Shown: positions 23,673-31,286 of the stretch, piece by piece
Position numbering within the stretch: the first letter of the stretch is position 1
Layout of the letters: each line of letters opens with the position of its first letter
Assembly: GCF_000007985.2 (NCBI RefSeq)
Contig: NC_002939.5
Coordinates: 3,270,001 to 3,302,000, forward strand
Direction of reading: 5' to 3'
DNA length: 32,000 bases
From: Geobacter sulfurreducens PCA
Lineage (GTDB): Bacteria; Desulfobacterota; Desulfuromonadia; Geobacterales; Geobacteraceae
Notes under the pieces: generated by a model
Seen by the model: the letters and a program-made list of their open reading frames with translations, nothing else
Database searches by the model: none
What the model was told of the DNA's origin: nothing
Translations under genes and position numbers: made by a program

Positions 23673-24512
23673 TCAACTCCTTGTGGTTTCCATCAATTCC
23701 ATGATTTCCCGCCGGGCCTCGCCGATGGTGAGGGGCGTGCGCCGGAACGGGACACCATCTTCGTGCTTCAGGCGGTGGATGAGCTCGGCTATGTGGGGAA
23801 GCCGCAGCTTGACGCTCTCCATCTCGGCCGGAGCGGTGAAGACCTCCTCGGGCGGCCCGCCGCGAACGATCCGCCCCCGGCTCAGGATGTAGAGCCGGTG
23901 AAGGAACAGGGGCACCAGATCGACGCTGTGGGTCGCCATGACGATGGTCACCCCCTCCTGGCGGTTGAGCCGCGTGAGCAGCTCCATCATCCGGTACTCT
24001 CCCATGGGATCGAGGCCGGCGGTGGGTTCGTCCATGAGGAGCACCTCATGCCCCATGGCCAGGAGCCCTGCGATGCAGGCGCGCTTTTTCTGGCCGTAGC
24101 TCAGGTGGTGGATCTGCTTGGCCGCGGCGCCCGCCAGGTCGACGGCTTCCAGGGCCCGCTCCACCCGCGCCTTGACCTCGGCCTCGGCAAATCCCATGTT
24201 GCGGGGGCCGAAGGCCACATCCTCGAAGACCGTGTGGGCGAACAACTGATCGTCCGGGTTCTGGAACACGAGCCCGACCGTGCGGTAGATATCCTTCGGC
24301 TGGAGGCTCCGCACGTCCCGGCCGTCCAGGAGCACGCTGCCGTCGTACTCCCTGATCAGCCCGTCCATGATCTTGAGCAGTGTCGTCTTGCCCGAGCCGT
24401 TGGAGCCGAGGATGCCGCAAAATTCTCCCCGCGCCACCTGGAAACGGATATCCGACAGGGCCACGGTACCGTCGGGATAGGCATAGGCCTTCAGGTCCAC
24501 GGAAAACCTCAC
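23673..24512 (-). CDS. cbiO: Cobalt ECF transporter ATPase component
   Basis: 279 aa with Walker A GSNGSGKTT, signature LSYGQKKR and Walker B LLMDEP. The GTG start overlaps the cbiQ stop (GTGA). Confidence 0.9.
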   Translation of the reverse strand: MRFSVDLKAYAYPDGTVALSDIRFQVARGEFCGILGSNGSGKTTLLKIMDGLIREYDGSVLLDGRDVRSLQPKDIYRTVGLVFQNPDDQLFAHTVFEDVAFGPRNMGFAEAEVKARVERALEAVDLAGAAAKQIHHLSYGQKKRACIAGLLAMGHEVLLMDEPTAGLDPMGEYRMMELLTRLNRQEGVTIVMATHSVDLVPLFLHRLYILSRGRIVRGGPPEEVFTAPAEMESVKLRLPHIAELIHRLKHEDGVPFRRTPLTIGEARREIMELMETTRS

Positions 24513-25264
24513 TGCATCCCCCAGAGGGTTCCCATGGCCACCACGAAGAGGGCGGACAGAGCCACCTCGGCCGGCCGGAACGGACGGTGCCTGAACAGCG
24601 GCAGGTTCCCGTCGTACCCCCTCTGAACCATGGCGGTGGTAATGGTCTGGCTGTTGTCGAAGGCCTTAAGAACCAGGGCGCCGGCCAAGGTGCCGAAGGA
24701 GCGCATCCCCCGGCGCAGCCCGCTGTAGCCCAGGCGATTCCGCTGGGCCGCGTGGATCACCTGGGCGTCGTCCAGGAGCAGGAACAGGTAGCGCCAGGCG
24801 AACAGCGCCACCTCGATGAAGCTGCGCGGCACCCGCAGCCATGCCAGGGCCGCCATCAGGTCGGTGAACGAGGAGGAGAAGCCGACCGCCGATACAACCG
24901 ACACGGCGGCGGCAATGCGGCCGGCGATGAGGAGCCCTTCCCGCAGTCCCTCCCGGTATGCGGTAAGCTCCAGCCAGGGCAGCTGGAGTGTGAAAAGCGG
25001 CGTGACGCCGCTGAAGAAAAGCTTGAGCAGGAGGACCACGGCGGCGATGAACGCCGGTTCCGCAAAGCGGAGCAGGATCAGGCGGAGCGGCACCCCCAAC
25101 GAGACGACGATCCCCAGGGAGAGGATCGCCGCCAGCAGCGGGAACAGCCCGCCGGTGCAGCTGATGACCATGGCGAGCAGTGCCCCGGCCGTCAGGAGCT
25201 TGACCCGCGGGTCGAGCCGCGACAGGGGATGATCGGCCGGAGACGCGCTGAGGACGTGCTTCAT
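24509..25264 (-). CDS. cbiQ: Cobalt ECF transporter transmembrane (T) component
   Basis: 251 aa polytopic protein. LDPRVKLL near the N-terminus and the AQRNRLGY region are typical of CbiQ/EcfT. Its ATG overlaps the upstream ORF stop (ATGA). Confidence 0.85.
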   Translation of the reverse strand: MKHVLSASPADHPLSRLDPRVKLLTAGALLAMVISCTGGLFPLLAAILSLGIVVSLGVPLRLILLRFAEPAFIAAVVLLLKLFFSGVTPLFTLQLPWLELTAYREGLREGLLIAGRIAAAVSVVSAVGFSSSFTDLMAALAWLRVPRSFIEVALFAWRYLFLLLDDAQVIHAAQRNRLGYSGLRRGMRSFGTLAGALVLKAFDNSQTITTAMVQRGYDGNLPLFRHRPFRPAEVALSALFVVAMGTLWGMQ

Positions 25265-25776
25265 TCGGCAATTCCCTTCGCCGCCATGTAGTCGCGAAGC
25301 CGGTTGGCATGATCGCGGTCATCATTGTTCAACGTCTGAAACACCTTGAGGGTCCAGGAGGGAGCCCGGCTCTCCATGGCCCGCTGAAAGTGGAGCTCCC
25401 CCGCCGACTCCTCAAGGACGAGAGCGGTCCTGAAGGCTTCCTCCCGGCTGGGAGGGGTCTGTTCGTAACGGTCGAACAGGGTCTCCAGCTCCCGGTTCTT
25501 CTCCACCAGGGGTTCGAGGGATTCGGGCAGGAGCTCCCGGGGGAACCTCCCCTCGGGCAGGAAAAGGCGGCGACCGTTTCGCAGGAGGTTCGCGTGGTTC
25601 TCCTCCTCGATGGAAAGCGTCTGCCAGAACTCACCGTCATCGGGAAAGAGGTCCTGGAACAGGGCGTAGAGCCGGGATGCGTTGAGCTCCAGCGCGATCG
25701 CCTCGTTCACGAGCCGCACCAGCTCTTCAATCTCGCGGTCATTGCCCTGGACCCAGGAGGTTTCAAGTATGGTCAT
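25261..25776 (-). CDS. Ferritin-like / rubrerythrin-like four-helix-bundle protein (hypothetical) embedded in cbiMNQO
   Basis: ATG at 25776 with GGAG 8 nt upstream gives 171 aa. There are two E...(about 30 aa)...[E/D]xxH pairs: ALELNAS...EEENHANLL and LVLEESAGE...DDRDHANRL. It overlaps the cbiMN 3' end by 14 nt and cbiQ by ATGA. The upstream part of the track's 270-aa ORF is antisense-frame noise inside cbiMN. Confidence 0.65.
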   Translation of the reverse strand: MTILETSWVQGNDREIEELVRLVNEAIALELNASRLYALFQDLFPDDGEFWQTLSIEEENHANLLRNGRRLFLPEGRFPRELLPESLEPLVEKNRELETLFDRYEQTPPSREEAFRTALVLEESAGELHFQRAMESRAPSWTLKVFQTLNNDDRDHANRLRDYMAAKGIAE

Positions 25777-26803
25777 CGTACGTTCTCCGTTCCGCCACCA
25801 GCATACGCCAGAAATAGCCCGCCGCAAAGCCCCCGACTGTGCCGGCCAGCAGAAAAACGAAGAGAAGCAGGTCACCCTGGTCGGTATTGATGAGGGGGTC
25901 CCGCGGTTCACGGCCGTGTTCCGCGGCAATCTTTTCCACAACGGTTTCGTCCACGCCAGGCCATTTTTCCGATGCGCGCGACGGTCCCGCCACAAGGAGC
26001 GAGGCGAGCAGGCAAAACAGCGCCAGCATGACCACGGTTGCCCGGCGGGGACCGGCTCCCGGGCCACCGGCATCGACCACCCCCATTTTCGCCAGCAGAT
26101 CGGGGCGCTTGCGGTGGAGCAGGACCACCATACCGGCGGTCATGGCCCCTTCCAGCACGCCGAGAGGAAGCTGGGTCGGGACAAAGGCGGCAACGATCTT
26201 CAAGAACAGCGGGTAAAACGGCTCACTCCCGCGCACGCCCGAGGACAGCTCCAGGGCAGTGGTCAGGTAGGTGGCCCAGTCTGCCAGCAGCCCGGCGACA
26301 AAGGCGGCCACCGCAAGGCCCGCGCCCAGCCGGCGCATGCCCCGGAAGACGAACCAGCCGGCAAAGGAGCCCGCCACCCCCATGGACACCACGTCGGCGC
26401 CGAGCGTTGAAAGCCCGCCGTGGGCCAGAAAGAGGGCCTGGATGAGGAGCGCTACCGTGGTGATGACCACGCTGACCAGGGGCCCCACCAGGATCGCGGC
26501 GATCCCCGTGCCGCAGGGATGGGAGCAGGTACCGGCGGTGGGCACCGGAATCGGCATGCAGGAGATGATGAATACCACCGCCGCCATGAGTCCCACCAGG
26601 GGCTTGAAGGAGAGATCGTGGCGGGACAGCTCGTTCACCCGCCGAATTCCCAGGGCCAGAAAGGGCGCCGCCACGGCGAACCAGAGCGCCGCCCACCCCA
26701 GGGGGAGGATTCCCTCGGAGATGTGCATGGCGTGGGCGGGCCCGGCCAGCAGCATTGCGCCAATGATTGCCGAACCGGCAGCATATAAGGTAATTCGTTT
26801 CAT
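25763..26803 (-). CDS. cbiMN: Fused cobalt ECF transporter substrate-capture components CbiM-CbiN
   Basis: 346 aa. Signal-like leader MKRITLYAAGSAIIGAMLLAGPAHA, then MHISEGILP, the CbiM N-terminal metal-binding motif. About 245 aa of CbiM is followed by a two-TM CbiN-like tail (VVMLALFCLLASLLVA...WPGVDETVVEKIA...LLLFVFLLAGTVGGFAAGYFWR). Confidence 0.9.
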   Translation of the reverse strand: MKRITLYAAGSAIIGAMLLAGPAHAMHISEGILPLGWAALWFAVAAPFLALGIRRVNELSRHDLSFKPLVGLMAAVVFIISCMPIPVPTAGTCSHPCGTGIAAILVGPLVSVVITTVALLIQALFLAHGGLSTLGADVVSMGVAGSFAGWFVFRGMRRLGAGLAVAAFVAGLLADWATYLTTALELSSGVRGSEPFYPLFLKIVAAFVPTQLPLGVLEGAMTAGMVVLLHRKRPDLLAKMGVVDAGGPGAGPRRATVVMLALFCLLASLLVAGPSRASEKWPGVDETVVEKIAAEHGREPRDPLINTDQGDLLLFVFLLAGTVGGFAAGYFWRMLVAERRTYDDHT

Positions 26804-26929
26804 TGCGTGCTCCCTATGAAGTTATGATCCGTCGCCGTTCTTGCCCTCGCGTGCCGGAACGACCTCATAGCCGCAGTGGATATGCTCTGCTCCCCATACA
26901 ACCTCCCTTCCCCTCGGTCGGAGTGTGTT

Positions 26930-27085
26930 GTCGCCTTCCAGCCAGGTCTCCTGGCTCGGGGATCATCCCGCCTGCCGCGCCTTCCCGTCCCTTCGGACAG
27001 TGGCATCACTGCGGCATCGGTCCCCCCTCACAGTTGCGGGGCAGCACCGGTATTGCACCGGTTTCCCTTACGCCGGAAGGATGCT
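26930..27085 (-). promoter_or_regulatory. Cobalamin (AdoCbl) riboswitch upstream of cbiMN
   Basis: The minus strand reads TAAGGGAAACCGGTGCAATACCGGTGCTGCCCCGCAACTGTGAGG...GCCACTGTCCGAAGGGACGGGAAGGCG...GAGCCAGGAGACCTGGC. All conserved core blocks are present, including the B12 box (plus 26941-26957). P1 is CCTTCC (27074-27079) paired with GGAAGG (26934-26939). Confidence 0.92.
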
Positions 27086-27110
27086 TCTTCAGATTGAAAC
27101 TGCCTGAGCC

Positions 27111-28418
27111 CTACACCTTATCCCCCCTGAGATCGCCGGCAAACAGCCTGCCGGCCCCCCGGGAGGCGCAGAAGTCGCCGCACATGGTGCAGGTGGCCTC
27201 ATCCTCGGGAGTACGGCTGGCCCTGATCGCCCGGGCGTCCTCTGGATAGAGGGCCAGCTCGAACTGCCTCTGCCAGTCCAGGTCGCGACGGGCCTTGCTC
27301 ATCTCCCGGTCCCGCTCGCGCCCCTTCTCCGGGTACTTGTTCATGTCGCCGATGTAGGCGGCGACCCGGGCCGCCTTTACCCCCTGGCGGACGTCCTCTT
27401 CGTTGGGGAGGGCCAGGTGCTCGGCCGGGGTGATGTAGCAGATCAGGTCGGCGCCGAAGCGGCTCGACTGGGCCGCGCCAATGGCGGCGGTGATGTGGTC
27501 GAAGCCGGGGGCCACGTCGGTGGAGATGGGCCCGAGCATATAGTAGGGTGCGCCGCCGCTCATCCGCTTCTGGAGCTGGATGTTCCCCTCCACCTCGTCC
27601 AGGGGGACGTGACCGGGGCCCTCCACCAGCATCTGGCAGCCCATCTCGCGCCCCATCTCCGCCAGTTCGCAGTTGATCAGCAGCTCCTGGATCTGGGCCC
27701 GGTCCGATGAATCGTGGATGGCGCCGGCCCGCAGGCCGTTGCCCAGGGAAAGGACCGTGTCGTATTTCTTCAGGATACCGACCACCCGGTCGAACTGTTC
27801 GTAGAGGGGATTCTCGCGGCCGTTGGCCATCATCCAGCCCACCATGCTCACCCCTCCCTTTGAGACGAGGCCGCCGTAGCGGTACCCCTGGCGACGGAGC
27901 CGTTCGATGGTGTAGAGATTGATGCCGCAGTGGACCGCCATGAAGGCCATGCCGTCGGCGCACTGGCGCTCAATCAGGTCAAAGAGCATCTCAGGGTCGA
28001 GCCGGTTGGGGTCGCCGTATTTCCTCGCCGCCTCGCAGAAGGCCTGGTAGAGCGGAACGTTTCCCACCGGCAGGTCCACGGCCGCGATGACCTCGCGCCG
28101 GACCCGGTCCAGGTCGCCGCCCACGGACAGCTCCATGAGGGTGTCGGCGCCTGACTCCTGGGCGGCCCGGGCCTTGCGCACCTCGGCCTCGTAGTCAACG
28201 ATGTCCGATGAGGTGCCGATGGAGGCATTCACCTTGGTCCGCAGCCCCTTGCCGATGCCGACTGCCTTTGGCGCGCGCACGTGGTTCCAGGGGATGACGA
28301 CCTTCCCCTCGGCCACCATCCGGCAGACATACTCGGGGGAGACGTGCTCCTCCGCGGCCACGGCCGCCATCTGAGGGGTAATGATGCCCTCGCGGGCCTG
28401 TTCGATCTGGGTTTTCAC
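27111..28418 (-). CDS. bzaF: ThiC-family radical SAM enzyme in cob context: 5-hydroxybenzimidazole synthase (BzaF-type)
   Basis: 435 aa ThiC paralog ([15 protein letters not shown]-terminal CTMCGDFCA Fe-S motif). It is translationally coupled to cbiA (GTGA overlap) inside the cobamide locus. No TPP riboswitch is visible. Confidence 0.8.
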   Translation of the reverse strand: MKTQIEQAREGIITPQMAAVAAEEHVSPEYVCRMVAEGKVVIPWNHVRAPKAVGIGKGLRTKVNASIGTSSDIVDYEAEVRKARAAQESGADTLMELSVGGDLDRVRREVIAAVDLPVGNVPLYQAFCEAARKYGDPNRLDPEMLFDLIERQCADGMAFMAVHCGINLYTIERLRRQGYRYGGLVSKGGVSMVGWMMANGRENPLYEQFDRVVGILKKYDTVLSLGNGLRAGAIHDSSDRAQIQELLINCELAEMGREMGCQMLVEGPGHVPLDEVEGNIQLQKRMSGGAPYYMLGPISTDVAPGFDHITAAIGAAQSSRFGADLICYITPAEHLALPNEEDVRQGVKAARVAAYIGDMNKYPEKGRERDREMSKARRDLDWQRQFELALYPEDARAIRASRTPEDEATCTMCGDFCASRGAGRLFAGDLRGDKV

Positions 28419-29809
28419 ACACGGCTCCTTGTGACGAACGATCTGCAGCGTGCCACAAACGCCGCGGCCAGCTCCGGGTTGCTCCCGAAGTGGAGGTGGA
28501 CGTAGGAGGCAAGACAGTTGCGGTAACGGTATCCTTCCATCCCCAGGTCAACCGGGCCCCGGCGGACCCGGTAGGCACGCTCCACGTCGGCGGGCATCTC
28601 TTCCATCTCCGAGTAGTGGAACTCGTGCCCCCGGGCCAGGGTGCCGGCGGGGCCGATGATGGTATCCGCCGCCAGTTCAACCTCGCGATAGCCGAGGGCC
28701 TTGCGGCGGGGAAGCATCCGGGTTGTCACGGGGAATATCCCTACGAACTCGTGGAGCGATTCAGGCTCCCCGGCGCTGTCCGTAACCCCGCGCGTAAGGT
28801 AGATGAAACCGCCGCATTCGGCGTAAACCGGCATCCCCTCGTTCACGGCCCGGGCCAAAGACTCCTTCATCCCGGTGTTGGCGGCCAGGGCATCGGCGAA
28901 GACCTCGGGGTAGCCGCCCGGCAGGTAGACGCCGGCCACATCCTCTGGCAGGCGCTCGTCGCGCAGGGGGGAAAAGGTGACTATCTCGGCGCCGGCGCGG
29001 CGCAGCAGGCAGAGGTTGTCCTCATAGACGAAACAAAAGGCTTCGTCCCGGGCGACTGCCAGTCGGACCGAACCGCCCAGGGTCTGGCAGGGAATCGGTT
29101 CGGCGCGGGGCACCGGCGCGCCCAAGGGGTTGGCCGCTCCCCAGAGCAGCCCCAGGTCAACCCGGTCGCGAATCACCTCCACCAGGTGATCCAGGAACTC
29201 GCCCGACAGGGGATGTTCCTCCGCCGTGAGAAGTCCCAGGTGGCGTGCAGGGATGTGAAGCCCGTCGTCCCGGGGGATACAGCCGAACACCTTCAGCTCC
29301 GGCAGGGACTGCCCCACCGCCTCCCGCAGAATTCGCTCGTGACTGTCGCTGCCCACGTTATTGAAGATGACCCCGGCCACCCGCACCGAGGGATCGAATT
29401 CGGCGAACCCCTTGAGGATGGCGGCGGCGCTCCTGGCCAGCCCACGGGCATCCACCACCAGGATCACCGGCGCACCGGTCAGCCGGGCCACCTGGGCCGT
29501 ACTCCCCTCGTCGGCGATCCCTCCGAACCCGTCGAAGAGCCCCATGACTCCCTCGATGATGGCCATGTCGGCGTTGAGGGCATGGTGGGCAAAGGATGCC
29601 CGGACAAACTCGGGAGGACAGATCCAGCCGTCCAGGTTGGCCGAGGGCAACCCCGTCACCAGCCGGTGGTAGCCCGGATCGATGAAGTCCGGACCCACCT
29701 TGAAGGGTGCCACGGTGAGGCCGCGCCGCCTGAAGCATTCCATGATGCCCACGGTGATGGTTGTCTTGCCGGAGCCACTGTGCGGGGCGGCGATGATGAT
29801 CGATTTCAT
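28415..29809 (-). CDS. cbiA: Cobyrinate a,c-diamide synthase
   Basis: 464 aa. N-terminal P-loop [29 protein letters not shown], and a C-terminal glutamine amidotransferase motif [10 protein letters not shown]. Confidence 0.9.
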   Translation of the reverse strand: MKSIIIAAPHSGSGKTTITVGIMECFRRRGLTVAPFKVGPDFIDPGYHRLVTGLPSANLDGWICPPEFVRASFAHHALNADMAIIEGVMGLFDGFGGIADEGSTAQVARLTGAPVILVVDARGLARSAAAILKGFAEFDPSVRVAGVIFNNVGSDSHERILREAVGQSLPELKVFGCIPRDDGLHIPARHLGLLTAEEHPLSGEFLDHLVEVIRDRVDLGLLWGAANPLGAPVPRAEPIPCQTLGGSVRLAVARDEAFCFVYEDNLCLLRRAGAEIVTFSPLRDERLPEDVAGVYLPGGYPEVFADALAANTGMKESLARAVNEGMPVYAECGGFIYLTRGVTDSAGEPESLHEFVGIFPVTTRMLPRRKALGYREVELAADTIIGPAGTLARGHEFHYSEMEEMPADVERAYRVRRGPVDLGMEGYRYRNCLASYVHLHFGSNPELAAAFVARCRSFVTRSRV

Positions 29810-29812
29810 GGT

Positions 29813-30415
29813 CTACCCGTTCACCAGCTTCACCACCGCACGCCCATCCTCGAAGTAGTCGATGATGTTCATGCAGCAGTAAGTCTGCTCAAGGGAAAAG
29901 AGGTTGGCCAGGGGTGCACCGATGGCCTCCAGGAGGATGATCCGGTTCACGCCGCCGTGGGCCACCACCAGGACGTCTTCCCCCCGGTGCCGCTCAACGA
30001 TGGCATTGACGGCGGGCATAACCCGGGCCCGGACGTCCAGCAGGTTTTCCCCCCCCGGCACCCGGTAGCCTTCCAGGTCGTTGAGCCGTGCCTGCCACTG
30101 GTGGGGATAGCGGTCCTGGAGCTCTTGCCAGCTCTTCGCCTCCCATTCGCCCATGCAGATTTCCCGCAGTTCCGGGTGGCGCTGCGGCTGAACGTTCAGG
30201 TGGGCGGCCAGGGACTCGGCACCCCAGACGCAGCGGGTAAGGTCGCTGGTGTAGCAGGCGGCGATCCGAACCCCGTCGAACCGCTTGCGGAGTTCCAGGT
30301 ACTGGGCCTTACCCCGCTCGGAGAGGCCCACGTCGTTGTGTCCGTTGTAACGGGGGACGCCGGCCCCCTCCACTTCGCCGTGACGGATGAGATAGATGCG
30401 TGTTTTGCGTGTCAT
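29813..30415 (-). CDS. cobC: Alpha-ribazole-5'-phosphate phosphatase (histidine phosphatase family)
   Basis: ATG at 30415 gives MTRKTRIYLIRHGEVE..., with the RHG catalytic motif at the N-terminus, and VVAHGG later. It sits between cobS and cbiA. Confidence 0.8.
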   Translation of the reverse strand: MTRKTRIYLIRHGEVEGAGVPRYNGHNDVGLSERGKAQYLELRKRFDGVRIAACYTSDLTRCVWGAESLAAHLNVQPQRHPELREICMGEWEAKSWQELQDRYPHQWQARLNDLEGYRVPGGENLLDVRARVMPAVNAIVERHRGEDVLVVAHGGVNRIILLEAIGAPLANLFSLEQTYCCMNIIDYFEDGRAVVKLVNG

Positions 30416-30545
30416 GTTCCGTTCCAGAGAGGGAAATATCCCTGTTGTTTGTTCGGGCAGCCTCACGGCATAGCCCCTGCCTCTACATCCTGTGTGTTCC
30501 CGGCAAGGAATCGAAGTATGGAAGGACAGTCTCCGTACGGGGCTG

Positions 30546-31286
30546 TCAGCCCCGGTGCAGGGCCAGGATGACCAGCAGGCAGAGAATTTCGTTCAGTTCG
30601 CTGGCGCAGCCGATGACATCGCCGGTAACCCCGCCGAGATGCCGATGGAACCACCACCGGAACCCGCCGGTGAAAAGAACGGATGCCGCAAGCACGGCCA
30701 TGCCCGCCGGGCCCAGCAGCAACCAGGCTGCAACGGCCGTGATCGTGCCGGCCGTCACCAGCTGGAACATCCCGGTCCCGGCGATGAAAGCGGCGCCGAG
30801 GCCATCCTGTCGGGCGCGGTTGGCGCCGACGGTCATCTGCACCTGGGCGTAGCGGGCCACGGCAGGGAAGAGCAAGAGCGCCTGACGCTTGAGGTCGTCC
30901 GGCACCGCCAGCAGGGCCTGGTACTTGAGCGCCAGCCCGAGCACGAGCCCCACTACCCCCACGGCTCCCACCCGGGGATCCTTCATGACCGCCAGGAAAC
31001 GCTCCCTGCCGCCACGAGCCGCCAGCCCGTCGCAGACATCGGCCAGACCGTCCAGGTGCAACGCACCGGTTACCCCGGCCAGCAGCGCCACCAGCAGGAG
31101 ATCGCTGACGGGCCTTGGCACCAGCGCTGCGAAAAGCATGTCGGCCCCGGCCAGCAGTGTTCCCAGAGTGAGCCCCGCCAGGGGGAAGAATGCCATGGAG
31201 CGTCCCAGGGCGCGCTCGTCCCAGCGCAGCCGGAACGGCAGCGGGACGACGGTCAGAAACTGAAGGGCGATGAAATAGAGTTTCAA
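30546..31286 (-). CDS. cobS: Adenosylcobinamide-GDP ribazoletransferase (cobalamin synthase)
   Basis: 246 aa membrane protein. [16 protein letters not shown] and [13 protein letters not shown] are hallmark CobS motifs. The TTG start forms a 4-nt overlap (TTGA) with the cobT stop. Confidence 0.9.
   Translation of the reverse strand: MKLYFIALQFLTVVPLPFRLRWDERALGRSMAFFPLAGLTLGTLLAGADMLFAALVPRPVSDLLLVALLAGVTGALHLDGLADVCDGLAARGGRERFLAVMKDPRVGAVGVVGLVLGLALKYQALLAVPDDLKRQALLLFPAVARYAQVQMTVGANRARQDGLGAAFIAGTGMFQLVTAGTITAVAAWLLLGPAGMAVLAASVLFTGGFRWWFHRHLGGVTGDVIGCASELNEILCLLVILALHRG

Noticed and set aside
26865-26897. A 10-codon uORF (ATG GGG AGC AGA GCA TAT CCA CTG CGG CTA TGA, minus strand) with GGGAGG upstream, between the riboswitch and cbiMN.
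   Set aside because: It is too short to support as a gene. The SD-ATG spacing is only about 4 nt. The purine tract is more simply explained as part of the riboswitch expression platform.
30539-30553. Hairpin GGGGCT-gtc-AGCCCC overlapping the cobS stop, considered as a possible intrinsic terminator before cobC.
   Set aside because: Only 6 bp of stem and no downstream U-tract on the minus strand. The 130-nt cobS-cobC gap shows no other terminator or clear promoter.
28490-30571. Very long plus-strand ORFs in the track: 693 aa at 28490-30571. Similar ones are 21193-23151 (652 aa), 19868-21040, 14588-15463, 17109-17942 and 11940-12926.
   Set aside because: They lie antisense to strongly supported cob genes. 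Their translations are low-complexity and rich in G, R, P, H and A, with no recognisable motifs and no RBS context. Stop-poor shadow frames of this kind are typical of GC-rich DNA.
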